DNA from: Vampirovibrionaceae bacterium NZW_1234
GTDB taxonomy: Bacteria > Cyanobacteriota > Vampirovibrionia > Vampirovibrionales > JAGQHJ01
Length of the DNA stretch: 47,378 nucleotides
Direction of reading: 5' to 3'
Assembly (NCBI GenBank): GCA_041697335.1
Contig: JBGUGD010000021.1
Coordinates: 1-47,378 of the forward strand
Positions 9,523 through 20,032 of this stretch are shown here, piece after piece. Within the stretch, counting starts at the first letter, position 1, and every line of letters starts with the position of its first letter. The notes under the pieces were generated by a model. That model searched no databases. It saw only the letters and a program-made list of their open reading frames with translations, and had not been told where the DNA came from. The position numbers and the translations under genes are program-made.

Positions 9523-10724
9523 TAGGAGATACAGACTTTGTCCCGAGTAGCTGCCGAAGGTGAGGGAGCGGTAACCGACGCCGGAAGTACTTGCTGGTAA
9601 GCCTCGTAGGTCCGCATGGCCACATTTTCCCATGAAAATTGCTGTTGATACACGCGGATGTCTTCGGGCTCGATGGCCGGCATTGCCAAGGCCTGATGAA
9701 TGGCGGAACGGATGCTGGCAATATCAAACGGGTTACAGGCTGCCCCAAAGCGCTGAAATTGATACGTTGCTTCCGGTGCATAGGGTGGGGCGCTGTACAC
9801 AATCCGACAACCTGCCCCGATGGCCTCCATGGTTGAAAGACCGCAGGATTCCCGGAAGGATGGCTGGACGTGAACCGCGGCCCGTTTGTAGAGCTGCAAC
9901 ACACCGGCATGGGGTAGTTCGTCAATCCAGTGAACGTTTCCGCGGCGGTCCCCGAGCGCTCGAACCTGGCGGCCGTAGGCGGCATCTTCCGCACGTCCTA
10001 CCAGGACAATGGGAATGTCAGGTTGATGGAAGAGCGCTTCGATGATGGCCAACTGGTTTTTCACCGATTCAACCCGGCCCACGCACAGAACCGCATTCTC
10101 CGGGATGGCGGCGAGAAGCTCCGGTGAAAGATTATCGTTCGCTTCTTCGGGGTATGTAATGGCATTGGGAACAATAGCGCTGCGAAATTCTCGTATCTGG
10201 CGCTCGGGTAAGCCGAATTCCTGAATCAGAATGTCGAGTTCCTCTGTGGAATTGGGTAACAACAAGTTCGCCATGGTCAACAGGGACAACCGGTCCCGGA
10301 CATACTTGCGCCCGCCCCAAAAAGAGCCGCGTCCCAGGTTGCTCTCCCAGCGCTTGTAGCGCATAAGCGTCCATTTCAGCTTGGCGAGCTGGGGATGGGT
10401 TGGCATCCGTTTGAAGCGTTTAAAAAACTGGGAGACAAAGATGGCCGGGCTCAGATCCCAGTAGATGGTGGACAGGACAATGGGAATCTGCCATCGGCTC
10501 TTGGCATAGGTTAATACGGGAAGCATATTGGCGGCGCACTGCAGGTTAAAGGCATGCACAAAATCCGGTTTAAACCCATCCTCCAACTCGTCAATGGTCA
10601 GCGCAATCCGAATGTCCATATCAAACAGGCGCTCCAGTTCCTGCTTCGTCTGGAGCAGTTGAATCGTATCCCCACCGGGGGAGACCAGGGCATTGGGTCG
10701 AGACGTAAAAACAACTCGCAGCAT
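9522..10724 (-). CDS. GT4 family glycosyltransferase
   Basis: GGDTIQ, VGRVESVKNQ, PSFRESCGLSTMEA, FSWE; start moved to ATG 10724. Confidence 0.9.
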   Translation of the reverse strand: MLRVVFTSRPNALVSPGGDTIQLLQTKQELERLFDMDIRIALTIDELEDGFKPDFVHAFNLQCAANMLPVLTYAKSRWQIPIVLSTIYWDLSPAIFVSQFFKRFKRMPTHPQLAKLKWTLMRYKRWESNLGRGSFWGGRKYVRDRLSLLTMANLLLPNSTEELDILIQEFGLPERQIREFRSAIVPNAITYPEEANDNLSPELLAAIPENAVLCVGRVESVKNQLAIIEALFHQPDIPIVLVGRAEDAAYGRQVRALGDRRGNVHWIDELPHAGVLQLYKRAAVHVQPSFRESCGLSTMEAIGAGCRIVYSAPPYAPEATYQFQRFGAACNPFDIASIRSAIHQALAMPAIEPEDIRVYQQQFSWENVAMRTYEAYQQVLPASVTAPSPSAATRDKVCIS

Positions 10725-10732
10725 GGGTATGT

Positions 10733-11683
10733 TCAATTCCTGCCCTTTACCATTAATAATGACCCGAGAAAGCGCTTGAAAGACTTGTTTTTGAAGAGAA
10801 ACCAAACTGTATCATACCTGGAATTGAAAAACATTAGCCGGTAGAAGTCGGGATCCATCGATTTAAAAATTTGGGTCACGGGCTGAATATACGCTTCGAT
10901 GCCTTTAAACAGATAGTGCCATACATAATCCCGGGTTTTTCGGATCAGCTCGGGACGCTGGGCCATCTGGGCCTTCCATTGCTGCTGAACCACCAGCCGC
11001 CCGGCAATCAGGGGAATGTAATTCAAACGAGACTGCTTCCCATGAAGGCGAATGGACACCAGAGGCTCCGGGACATAGTAAAACGGATAATACTGCGACA
11101 ACCGCAAGAACAAATCCCAGTCCTCGCAGGCCGTTAAGGTTTCGTTGTAGAGGCCGGTTTTCTCCAGACACTCGCGTGCCACCAGGACCGTGGAGTTGGA
11201 GCCGGAAATCAGGTTGTCGGCCAGGAGATCCTCGAACACGTGGCCCTCTAAATGTGGCTCAAAACAGGGTTCCGACGAATCGGAACCGTCCTCAAGTATA
11301 TGGCGGTACCCGCAATAGATAATGGGCAACGTCTTTTCGGCCTCGCGCTTTTCCTGGAACAACGCCACCTGCCGGGCCAACTTGTCCGGATGCCAGATAT
11401 CATCAGCATCCACAAACGCCACGAGTTCCGCTTGAGAAGCCTTGATGCCCATGTTGCGAGCGGCTGAGACGCCTGTATGGGGTTGGCGAAGCAGGGTGAC
11501 CCGGGTATCCGCCAGGGGCTGAATCTGTGCCACCGTGTCATCCGTTGAGCCGTCATCGACGACAATCACCTGGGCAACGGGATAGCGTTGATCCAGCACC
11601 GACTGGATGCAAGCCACGATAAACCGGGCGCCATTGTAGACAGGGATAATGACATCGACCGTGGGCGTCGTCATCTCAGCCAT
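10733..11683 (-). CDS. GT2 family glycosyltransferase
   Basis: VIIPVYN, VDDGSTD, ARN.G, FVDADD, CEDWDL. Confidence 0.92.
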   Translation of the reverse strand: MAEMTTPTVDVIIPVYNGARFIVACIQSVLDQRYPVAQVIVVDDGSTDDTVAQIQPLADTRVTLLRQPHTGVSAARNMGIKASQAELVAFVDADDIWHPDKLARQVALFQEKREAEKTLPIIYCGYRHILEDGSDSSEPCFEPHLEGHVFEDLLADNLISGSNSTVLVARECLEKTGLYNETLTACEDWDLFLRLSQYYPFYYVPEPLVSIRLHGKQSRLNYIPLIAGRLVVQQQWKAQMAQRPELIRKTRDYVWHYLFKGIEAYIQPVTQIFKSMDPDFYRLMFFNSRYDTVWFLFKNKSFKRFLGSLLMVKGRN

Positions 11684-12764
11684 TTCCCCGGGCCAGAATC
11701 GTCTGGAGTGTTTGGTAGCAGGCGTCAGCAATCAGGTTCGATCGCAATTGCTCGAAATAGGAGCTGGTGGAGAGTAATTCCTGAATCGCACCCAGGCGTT
11801 CCACGTATTCGGAAGCGGAGATGGTATTTAAATGGGCATAAATGGCGCGAGGTGTTTTCCAGTCCCGCGCATCAATAAAACAGGATTTGGGGATATAGCG
11901 TTCAATGTTGGTCGCACCCAAATACACCGGAATGGTTCCCGAGACCAGGCTATCCCAGATTTTTTCAGTCACATAGCCGGCGTGGGTTTCGCAATTTTCA
12001 TAACAGATGGCAAAGTGATAACGCCCCAGAACCTCAATTTTGTCCTGAATCGTGCCACGGTAGGAGGGAAAGGGCTTGAAGGAAAAATAATGCGGGAAAA
12101 TCTGGTTTTTGAGTCCTTTGGGTAAGGGCAGATTGCGATAAAGCTTTTTCAGGAGCTTGTACCTGCCGTTAATCCCACCCACCAATCCAATAGGCTGAGC
12201 CCACTGGGTACCGTACAGGTCGAACCGATCCGGCGCCTGGGCTTCCATATACCGGATCCACTCAAGCCTCTTGCTGTAAAGTTCTCCGGGCTGAAACGAC
12301 AGCTTGTGACCGTTAATCAGAGTCAAAAATCGGGTTTTCTGCCGATACCAGTCTTCAGCTGAGGCATGTAAATACCACAGCCTGCCGGGGCGAAGGTCAT
12401 ACGAATAATTCAGTTTGAAGCACCGCTGTTCGTCAATAAAATCGTCATCCCAGGTGAAGATGACGTCGACATGGGTCAGGTGTTGTGGCTGCCATGTTTC
12501 CGGAATCACCACGGAGGGTTCGAATCGAAACAGAACTTGCAGCGGTGCGACCCTGGACTCAGGCAGGCAATCGATAAAAAACGCCATATCCGCACGCGTG
12601 GGCATGTCCTGGCGGTGTTCGTAATAGTCAATCTGACACTGATCAAAACATGCAAAAAGGGTCTTGAAGAGTGGGTTCGTTGCCCCCCAACTGCCCCCAA
12701 GAACAGCAATTCGTTTGTGAGCGGTGGGCATGGTCCCCATGCGCGACGCTATATCAATTTGCAT
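11676..12764 (-). CDS. GT10-like (alpha-1,3-fucosyltransferase-like) glycosyltransferase
   Basis: ELYSKR, FDLYG, YHFAICYEN...GYVTEKIWDSL..GTIPVYLG. Confidence 0.8.
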   Translation of the reverse strand: MQIDIASRMGTMPTAHKRIAVLGGSWGATNPLFKTLFACFDQCQIDYYEHRQDMPTRADMAFFIDCLPESRVAPLQVLFRFEPSVVIPETWQPQHLTHVDVIFTWDDDFIDEQRCFKLNYSYDLRPGRLWYLHASAEDWYRQKTRFLTLINGHKLSFQPGELYSKRLEWIRYMEAQAPDRFDLYGTQWAQPIGLVGGINGRYKLLKKLYRNLPLPKGLKNQIFPHYFSFKPFPSYRGTIQDKIEVLGRYHFAICYENCETHAGYVTEKIWDSLVSGTIPVYLGATNIERYIPKSCFIDARDWKTPRAIYAHLNTISASEYVERLGAIQELLSTSSYFEQLRSNLIADACYQTLQTILARGNG

Positions 12765-13017
12765 ATAGATTGAAAATCACACAAAACGTAAAACCTGAAT
12801 CAAGCTTATATTTTAGGAGAAATGCGGATTTATTCCAACATTTCCAACGGTCCTGTCACAAAAGTCAACGTTCCTCAGGCCCGCTTTATCCGGGTGTGTG
12901 CCGGGTCTGGATACATCTTTACAAACGACACCCTGCTCCCCCTTTATCTTTTGATTTCAACAGTAGAGTGTTGACGGATTCTTGTGATACACTCTACTGC
13001 GCATCCCGTGGGCTACC

Positions 13018-13779
13018 ATGCCGCAAAAGAAGATTGCGAATCCGATGAAAACAGACACCCCTAATTCACTTGTTGAGACCCTTCGGCAGAAGGCAGCCAG
13101 GCGCTTAAACAAATGGTCTGCCAAGTTAAACCCGCCTAAAGAATTAACCCCAATTGAACGAGAGGTGTTGCGTTTTGTTGATGTCAACGGAGATAAGACA
13201 CTTCGGCTGCATTATCCCGAATTAAACCAAGATTCCGTTGTGTTTGATATTGGTGGCTACCATGGCCAATGGGCAAGCGATATTTATGCCAAGTACAAGT
13301 GCAGGGTCCTTGTCTTTGAGCCGGCCATGGAGTTTTATAAATTGCTGGCGCTTCGGTTTGAAAAGAACCCGGACATCGAAGTCTATCCCTTTGGTCTTGG
13401 CGGAAGCACCTGTGAGACCACGTTGTATCTGGACAATGATGCCTCGTCGTTATACGTTGGCCCCGATCCGGACACTCAGCTGAATCAGCGTCATGAGGTG
13501 GTGCGAGTGGTTTCCATGGCGGACTTTCTCGCCGAAAAAGGCATTCATCAAGTGGATTTAGCCAAAATCAACATCGAAGGGGCCGAATATGACCTGCTGG
13601 AGCATATGATTGAGCGGGATGTCCTGAAACGGTTTGTTAATCTGCAAATTCAGTTCCATGAATTTGTGGTCGACTCTCGCCAAAAGACAGATAAAATTCG
13701 TGCTATGCTTGAGCGAACGCACACACAGCAATGGTGTTACGAGTTTATTTGGGAGAACTGGCAGCGGAAACCCGTTTAA
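13018..13779 (+). CDS. FkbM family methyltransferase
   Basis: VFDIGGYHG, VFEP, KINIEGAEY, QIQFH. Confidence 0.88.
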   Translation: MPQKKIANPMKTDTPNSLVETLRQKAARRLNKWSAKLNPPKELTPIEREVLRFVDVNGDKTLRLHYPELNQDSVVFDIGGYHGQWASDIYAKYKCRVLVFEPAMEFYKLLALRFEKNPDIEVYPFGLGGSTCETTLYLDNDASSLYVGPDPDTQLNQRHEVVRVVSMADFLAEKGIHQVDLAKINIEGAEYDLLEHMIERDVLKRFVNLQIQFHEFVVDSRQKTDKIRAMLERTHTQQWCYEFIWENWQRKPV

Positions 13780-13829
13780 ACTCTCTGTAATTTGACTATG
13801 TGTACTGACCCAATGACCTCTGGAAGCTT

Positions 13830-15653
13830 ATGAGCCAACTTACCATCCCCATCACATCCGAGAATACTGGCAATCTTGCGTTAATTCGACGAGCTGTCAC
13901 GTATCTAAAAAAGCATGCGGTTTTTATTTTTCTAACCGTCATTCTGGCGGGGTTGGGTGGCCTGTTGGATGCGGTGTTGCCCTTTGGCGTCAAAGCCTAC
14001 CTGGATTTTGTTTTGGGAAAAGCCATTACCCTGGGGCCGATTACGGTTCCGGCCTTTCCCATCTGGTTTATTCCCCTGTTCATCCTGGGGTTTAACCTGA
14101 TTCAAGGCACGTGTTATTACATCAGCGGCATCTTAAGTTATAAAGTCGGCCAGCGCATCAACATCGAGATTAAAACCGAGTTGTACGAGCGCCTCCTGCA
14201 TCAGGATCTGGACTTTATCGAGTCTTCCCACGGCGGCGAAATCCTGAATCGCTATTATCACGACCCGGAAAGCTCCTGTGTGCTGTTTCTGGATTACTTG
14301 AAGCAAGCGGTCATGAAATTTTTCTCGGCCACATCGCTTACGGTGACGTTGTTTGTTCTGAGTTGGAAGATGGCCCTGGCTGCCATTTTGATTCTGGGGT
14401 GTACGTTTATTCCCATCAGCCTGATTAATAAAAAGCTCAAAGCCCTGGTTAACTCCCGGCTCTACCTGACCGGACACTCGATGCTGCAATACAACGAGAG
14501 TGTCTCCGGGATTAAGCTAATTCTCGCCAACAACCTCCAGAACTTCCGGTTGGGCAAGTTAAACGAGCTGATGCTTGAATCATTTCGTGTGGGCCTGAAG
14601 CAATCGCATCTGCATAATTTTATCCGTCCCATCAATCACACGCTCACAGGCTTTGGTGTCAGCTTTGTCCTGCTGTACGGAACCTACCTGATTCACATCA
14701 ATGAATTTTCCCTGGCGTCCTTTTCAGCGTTTCTCGCATCATTATTGTTGTTATACTCACCCTTTAAAAGTCTGAGCAATTCGACGGTACAACTGCAATA
14801 TTCCATCCTGGCCATGCAGCGGGTGTTTACCCTGATGGATCTGGTGCCGAAGATTCAAAACCCGAAGAATCCTGTCTCTCACAAGGTGTTTACCGACGCC
14901 ATTGAGTTTCGCAATGTGTACTTCCAATACAAAGCCGATCGCCCGGTCCTGGAGGATGTTTCTTTTACCGTTGAGAAAGGCCAAACCGTTGCCCTGGTTG
15001 GAGAGTCCGGAAGCGGAAAGACGACCATCGCGCATTTGTTGCCGCGGTTTTATGATGTCACCCGCGGCCAAATCCTGATGGATGGCCACGAGATCACCCG
15101 CCTAACCCTTCAAGAAATCCGAAACAATATTGCCATTGTGTTTCAGGACAATCCCATTTTTCGAGGCACCCTGCGGGAGAACCTCCTGCTGGGCAACCTG
15201 ACTGCCTCGGAAGAGGACATCCATAATGCCCTGGAGATGGCCTATCTAAGTGATTTTGTCCGAACCCTTCCCAATGGGCTGGATTCAAAAGTCAATGAAC
15301 GGGGTGTAAATCTTTCCGGCGGTCAGCGTCAGCGTCTGGCCATTGCCCGAGCTTTTTTGAAAAATAGCCCGATTGTCATCTTTGATGAGGCCACCAGCTC
15401 GCTGGATAATATTTCGGAATCCTATGTCCAAAAAGCCATGGAAACGCTGATGCAAAACCGTACCGTGATTGTCATCGCGCATCGACTGTCAACGATTCAA
15501 AACGCCGACAAAATTCTGGTTTTAAACCAGGGCCGGGTTGTTGAGGAAGGAACCCATGACAGTTTGCTTGCAAAACAGGGCGCCTATTACAATCTGTATC
15601 GCTCCCAGGATGCATTGCCCCTGGAAGAAAGGGAGACGGCGCATGCCGGCTAA
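13830..15653 (+). CDS. MsbA-like ABC exporter (fused TMD+NBD)
   Basis: N-terminal TM helices; GESGSGKT, LSGGQRQR, IFDEATSSLD, IAHRLST. Confidence 0.93.
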   Translation: MSQLTIPITSENTGNLALIRRAVTYLKKHAVFIFLTVILAGLGGLLDAVLPFGVKAYLDFVLGKAITLGPITVPAFPIWFIPLFILGFNLIQGTCYYISGILSYKVGQRINIEIKTELYERLLHQDLDFIESSHGGEILNRYYHDPESSCVLFLDYLKQAVMKFFSATSLTVTLFVLSWKMALAAILILGCTFIPISLINKKLKALVNSRLYLTGHSMLQYNESVSGIKLILANNLQNFRLGKLNELMLESFRVGLKQSHLHNFIRPINHTLTGFGVSFVLLYGTYLIHINEFSLASFSAFLASLLLLYSPFKSLSNSTVQLQYSILAMQRVFTLMDLVPKIQNPKNPVSHKVFTDAIEFRNVYFQYKADRPVLEDVSFTVEKGQTVALVGESGSGKTTIAHLLPRFYDVTRGQILMDGHEITRLTLQEIRNNIAIVFQDNPIFRGTLRENLLLGNLTASEEDIHNALEMAYLSDFVRTLPNGLDSKVNERGVNLSGGQRQRLAIARAFLKNSPIVIFDEATSSLDNISESYVQKAMETLMQNRTVIVIAHRLSTIQNADKILVLNQGRVVEEGTHDSLLAKQGAYYNLYRSQDALPLEERETAHAG

Positions 15654-15695
15654 TCAGGATCTGTATGCCTTGTGTGTTCCCGGGAGGCTTGGTGT

Positions 15696-17168
15696 ATGAG
15701 CCCCTCTGAAACCCACACGGATGCTTTGTCCCTGGTGGATGCCAACGTACTGAACTACTATGAATTCAAGCCGGGCGCAACCCCGCAGATTGTTTCGCCC
15801 AAACTGTTTTTAACGCCCAAGCGCCTGGATGTGATGGCCCGCTATGTGTTTGCCAAGCACTTTGAATTGGGCCTGGGCCTGGAATGGGGCATGTTTGTCT
15901 ACCGGAATTTGCTGGAGTCGTGGAATCCGGCTTTTATCGACGGGGACGGGCGAAAAGTTTGTTTTACCGACTACCTGACCCAGTTCTCCCAGGTGCTGCG
16001 AAACATCAAAGCGGAAGGCTTTCAGCGGCATTATAACGGCGCCATTCCCTATACGGGAGATACCATTGTGGATGGGGCCCATCGTCTGGGTGCATGCCTG
16101 TATTACGACACACCCATTGAAGTGATTGAAATGATCGGCGACCCGCAGGTTCAGGATGCCCAAACCCTGCTGCGGATTGGGATGAATGAACAGGCCGTGG
16201 AGCATCTGGTTCATGAATACATCAAGCTGGATAAAAATACCTATGCCGTCAATTTATTTCCCGAATCCGAATCCTCGCTCCAACGGGTCATGGAGGTGCT
16301 GAATCGCCGTTCGACGGTCGTTCACCAGAAGTCGATTCTATTGACCGACACCGGCAAGCGAAACCTGATTCGACTGCTCTACGGACATGAGCCCTGGTGG
16401 AAAGAATACCAGTTAAAAGAGTTTGTGGATTTGCGATTTCCGCAAAAAGTCGGTGTGCGATCCGATCGCTTTTACCTGGTTTTCATCACCATTCCCGAGA
16501 CCGAAGACATTCGGGACATCAAAGAGGAAGTCCGCTCGCATTTTAACGTGGGCCCTCATCCGGCACATATCAACGACACCCATCGGGAAACCGTGTGGAT
16601 TGCCGAGAGTTGCCTGAATAAAAACAGCCTTCATTTTCTGAACCACGCCGTACAAAAGCACTATGCCCAGCTGGATCGCTTGTTGAAGGACTATCGTGCC
16701 CTGATTCAGGACTCCGGATGTCCGGACAATTTCTGCGTGGACTCCAGTACCGTTTTATCGATGTATGGCTTGAGACAGGCCCGTGACATTGATTACCTGT
16801 CCGCCGATCGCTCCCTGCTGCCCTATCCGGACGATGAACTCATCGGCAATCATAATTTCGAATACCCCCAATTTCCCATTCGGGTGGATGAAATGGTCTA
16901 CAACCCCAATTTCCACTTTATGCATCGGGGGGTGAAGTTCCAGTCGCTGGATATGGTCTACCTGTTTAAAAAGCTGAGAGGGTCCAGGAAAGACTATGCC
17001 GACATGAAACTCATGGTGCGGGTCCACAAGCAGAAACTGCCCACCTACGAGAAACTGCCGGGGCCCCCCTGGTACGATCGGGACAACCTGATTCGGGCCT
17101 GGAAGAAATTTAAACACCGGCCCTTGGGCTTTATATACAAACGCAAGAAAAAAAACAACACCGCCTAA
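15696..17168 (+). CDS. uncharacterised glycan-locus protein (ParB/Srx-like, NDK-like and nucleotidyltransferase-like motifs)
   Basis: ATG 15696 after GGAGG; IVDGAHRL, HINDTHRET, SSTVLSMYGLRQARDIDY motifs. Confidence 0.75.
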   Translation: MSPSETHTDALSLVDANVLNYYEFKPGATPQIVSPKLFLTPKRLDVMARYVFAKHFELGLGLEWGMFVYRNLLESWNPAFIDGDGRKVCFTDYLTQFSQVLRNIKAEGFQRHYNGAIPYTGDTIVDGAHRLGACLYYDTPIEVIEMIGDPQVQDAQTLLRIGMNEQAVEHLVHEYIKLDKNTYAVNLFPESESSLQRVMEVLNRRSTVVHQKSILLTDTGKRNLIRLLYGHEPWWKEYQLKEFVDLRFPQKVGVRSDRFYLVFITIPETEDIRDIKEEVRSHFNVGPHPAHINDTHRETVWIAESCLNKNSLHFLNHAVQKHYAQLDRLLKDYRALIQDSGCPDNFCVDSSTVLSMYGLRQARDIDYLSADRSLLPYPDDELIGNHNFEYPQFPIRVDEMVYNPNFHFMHRGVKFQSLDMVYLFKKLRGSRKDYADMKLMVRVHKQKLPTYEKLPGPPWYDRDNLIRAWKKFKHRPLGFIYKRKKKNNTA

Positions 17169-17187
17169 ACCCCACGCGAGAGCATTT

Positions 17188-18324
17188 ATGGAGCATTCAA
17201 CCGTGTCCGTCCTTCGTCAACGCATTACGCAGTTTTTTGGGCAGTTTCAGCCAAACCACCCGAACACGGCCTATCTCACCGGGTTGCGGGCCTATGCTGC
17301 CTTTGGCGTTTTCCTGATTCATTCCGGGGGCGGTGGGCTTCGGGAGCTGGGGGTCATTGGAAATAATCTTGTGGACTTTGGAAAATGGGGTGTCCTGGCA
17401 TTCTACTTTTTATCGGCTTTTACCATTTGCCTGGCCCTGGAGCGCCAGAAAGGGGCTTTTTCCTATGTTCATTACCTCAGCAAGCGTGTCCTGCGGATTA
17501 TTCCGCTATACTGGAGCGTTTGTCTGTTTGACTTTTTAACCGATACAAAACACCCCATGAACTGGTATAACCTGTTCGCTCATATGAGCCTGATCAATTT
17601 GTTTGATATGCGCTTCCGGGACACGTTTCTGGGGGTTGAGTGGTCCATTCCGGTGGAATTTGGCTATTACCTGCTGATTCCGTTTTTGTTCTACTTCTTT
17701 GTGCGAAAAAACCTGTGGGTACATCTGGGAATCGTGCTGACGGGGCTGCTCATCACGGTGTTGTCGTTCAAGCCCGTCCTGCTGTTGCCTTACATCGGGG
17801 TGAATATTTTTCCCATTGATGAACCCCATACGGCCCTGGGAGCGCATATGTCCCTGGAACGCTATGCCTTTGCCTATGCCTTGGCCATCTTTACCCATGT
17901 TCATGCCGCCCGGCTCCAGCGGTTGCTGCCCCAATGGCTGTCCCTGGGTCCCTGGCTACTGCTGGGCTTCGGTTTGATCTTTTTGCCCTATCAACCCTTA
18001 TCCCTGGTCTTCCCCGTGTGGTTCAGTGTGCTGATGGTACTTCTGATGAATCGCCCGTCCCGGCTGCGCTCCATGATTTTTGAAGCCCCATTGGTCTTGA
18101 TGACCGGGGAAATCAGCTACTCGATCTATTTGCTTCACCTGTATGGGCTTCAGATCTGGAAAGGCAGCCTGACAGGCCCCATGTACGTTGTGATGGGGTT
18201 TGCGACCACGTTTTTGCTGGCCATGATCACCTATTACGTCATTGAAAAGCCCTTTTTGAAATTGAAGGGCCTGTCTTTGGCATCCGGAGTCGGTATTCAG
18301 CCGGTGAAGCAGACCTTAGGTTAA
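17188..18324 (+). CDS. acyltransferase-3 (OafA-like) membrane O-acyltransferase
   Basis: GLRAYA, FYFLSAF, RVLRIIPLY, WSIPVEFGYY, GEISYSIYLLH, IEKP. Confidence 0.92.
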   Translation: MEHSTVSVLRQRITQFFGQFQPNHPNTAYLTGLRAYAAFGVFLIHSGGGGLRELGVIGNNLVDFGKWGVLAFYFLSAFTICLALERQKGAFSYVHYLSKRVLRIIPLYWSVCLFDFLTDTKHPMNWYNLFAHMSLINLFDMRFRDTFLGVEWSIPVEFGYYLLIPFLFYFFVRKNLWVHLGIVLTGLLITVLSFKPVLLLPYIGVNIFPIDEPHTALGAHMSLERYAFAYALAIFTHVHAARLQRLLPQWLSLGPWLLLGFGLIFLPYQPLSLVFPVWFSVLMVLLMNRPSRLRSMIFEAPLVLMTGEISYSIYLLHLYGLQIWKGSLTGPMYVVMGFATTFLLAMITYYVIEKPFLKLKGLSLASGVGIQPVKQTLG

Positions 18325-18480
18325 GAAAACGTGTGTCAAGGATGGCGAATTCTTTACTTTCATCCTGTCAGCAATTACAATGGCCAATACAGTGCTTAAG
18401 CACCACCACTCAAGGCTGTTGCCTCCCGAGTTCCGTATTTCGCTAAGACGTCGGGCGCATCAATAAAAGGATTTCCCGTT

Positions 18481-19353
18481 ATGGCCCTGTCACAGCCGAC
18501 ATCCGAATTATCCTCCAACTGGCTGATGTCGCGTGCGTACAATGTCACCTCACAACACGGGGAAGACGGCATTATCGAAGCCATTCTCGAGGTTATCCCC
18601 CGAAACAACTGGTGTGTGGAGTTTGGTGCCTGGGATGGAAAGACCTTAAGCAATACGCATTATTTCATTACACGCCATAACTATGCTTCGGTCCTCATTG
18701 AGGCGAACCCGAAGAAGTTTAAAGATCTGCTGAAAACCTATGGCCGCAATCATACCGTCATCGCCCTGAACCGTTACGTTGGTTTTGATAAAACCAACAG
18801 CTTGGATGCGATCCTTCGCGAAACCCCGATCGCAACAGACTTTGATCTTTTGTCCATTGATATCGACGGCAACGACTATCACGTCTGGGAGGCATGTCAG
18901 GAGTATCGCCCTAAAATCGTCTGCATTGAATATAACCCCACCATTGCCAATGGCGTGGAGTATGTTCAACCCAGGAATATGAATGTTTCTCGGGGTAACA
19001 GCATCACCTCTCTTTGCAAATTGGCTCATGAAAAAGGCTATGAGCTGGTGGCGGCCACCACCAGTAATGCAATTTTTGTGGATGCCTGTTATTTTGATCG
19101 TCTGAATATCCCGGATAATTCCGTGGAAACGCTGCGGCAGGACCTGAGTATGGTGACGCACATTTTTACCGGATACGACGGCAAAATTATTCTTCGGGGC
19201 GATCGAACCGTCGTTTGGCATGACCTCCCGTACCGGGAAAAAAGCGTACAACAACTTCCCAGGTTTTTTAGAAAGTTTCCCAGTCGTTATAATGTTTTCC
19301 AAAAACTGCTTTTTCCACTCTACAGGCATTTCGTGATGAAGATACTGCGGTAA
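18481..19353 (+). CDS. FkbM-like methyltransferase-fold protein
   Basis: SQHGEDGII, VEFGAWDG, LLSIDIDGNDY, IEYN. Confidence 0.8.
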   Translation: MALSQPTSELSSNWLMSRAYNVTSQHGEDGIIEAILEVIPRNNWCVEFGAWDGKTLSNTHYFITRHNYASVLIEANPKKFKDLLKTYGRNHTVIALNRYVGFDKTNSLDAILRETPIATDFDLLSIDIDGNDYHVWEACQEYRPKIVCIEYNPTIANGVEYVQPRNMNVSRGNSITSLCKLAHEKGYELVAATTSNAIFVDACYFDRLNIPDNSVETLRQDLSMVTHIFTGYDGKIILRGDRTVVWHDLPYREKSVQQLPRFFRKFPSRYNVFQKLLFPLYRHFVMKILR

Positions 19354-19373
19354 CTGAAGGACCAGCGTAATTT

Positions 19374-19994
19374 ATGGTGCAATGTTTGACTGAACTGTAT
19401 ACCCGCCTCGACAAGCTGTCCCTGGAGCGAAATGCCAAAATCCGGATCCGCCAGTGGGTGAAGAAGGGCAAGCCGGTTCCCGTGTATCGCGAGGTGAAGC
19501 ATCAGATTATTTTGGACTATGCCAACCAATATCACACGAAGACATTTATTGAAACGGGCACCTACGAAGGTCGAACCCTGAACGCGCTTAAATACCACTT
19601 TGAGCAGTTGTATTCCATTGAGCTGTCGGAACAATTATTTGCCCGGGCGCGTAAGAAGTTTAAACGCTATTCGCACATGACGCTTCTGCAAGGCGATAGC
19701 AGCCGGGTCCTTGCTGAGCTTCTTCCGCAAATCAATACGCCTTGCCTGTTCTGGCTGGATGCTCATTATTCCTACGGCAACACGGCCAAAGGGGATGTCA
19801 GCTCTCCGGTTCTGGCAGAACTGACGCATATTTTTAATCATCCGATTCAAAATCATGTCATTCTCATTGATGATGCGCGTGATTTTGGGACCGGGGACTA
19901 CCCCACAATGGAGCAGGTAGAAGCGCTGGTCCGCTCCAAACGTCCGGGGTTTAAGTTTTATCTTGAAAATGACATCATTCGGATTCATCCGTAA
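19374..19994 (+). CDS. SAM-dependent methyltransferase-like protein, paralog 1
   Basis: IETGTY.G, SIEL, GDS, FWLDAH, ILIDDAR. Confidence 0.8.
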   Translation: MVQCLTELYTRLDKLSLERNAKIRIRQWVKKGKPVPVYREVKHQIILDYANQYHTKTFIETGTYEGRTLNALKYHFEQLYSIELSEQLFARARKKFKRYSHMTLLQGDSSRVLAELLPQINTPCLFWLDAHYSYGNTAKGDVSSPVLAELTHIFNHPIQNHVILIDDARDFGTGDYPTMEQVEALVRSKRPGFKFYLENDIIRIHP

Positions 19995-20032
19995 CGATGG
20001 TCTCGGTGATGGAAATAACGTAAGGACTCACG

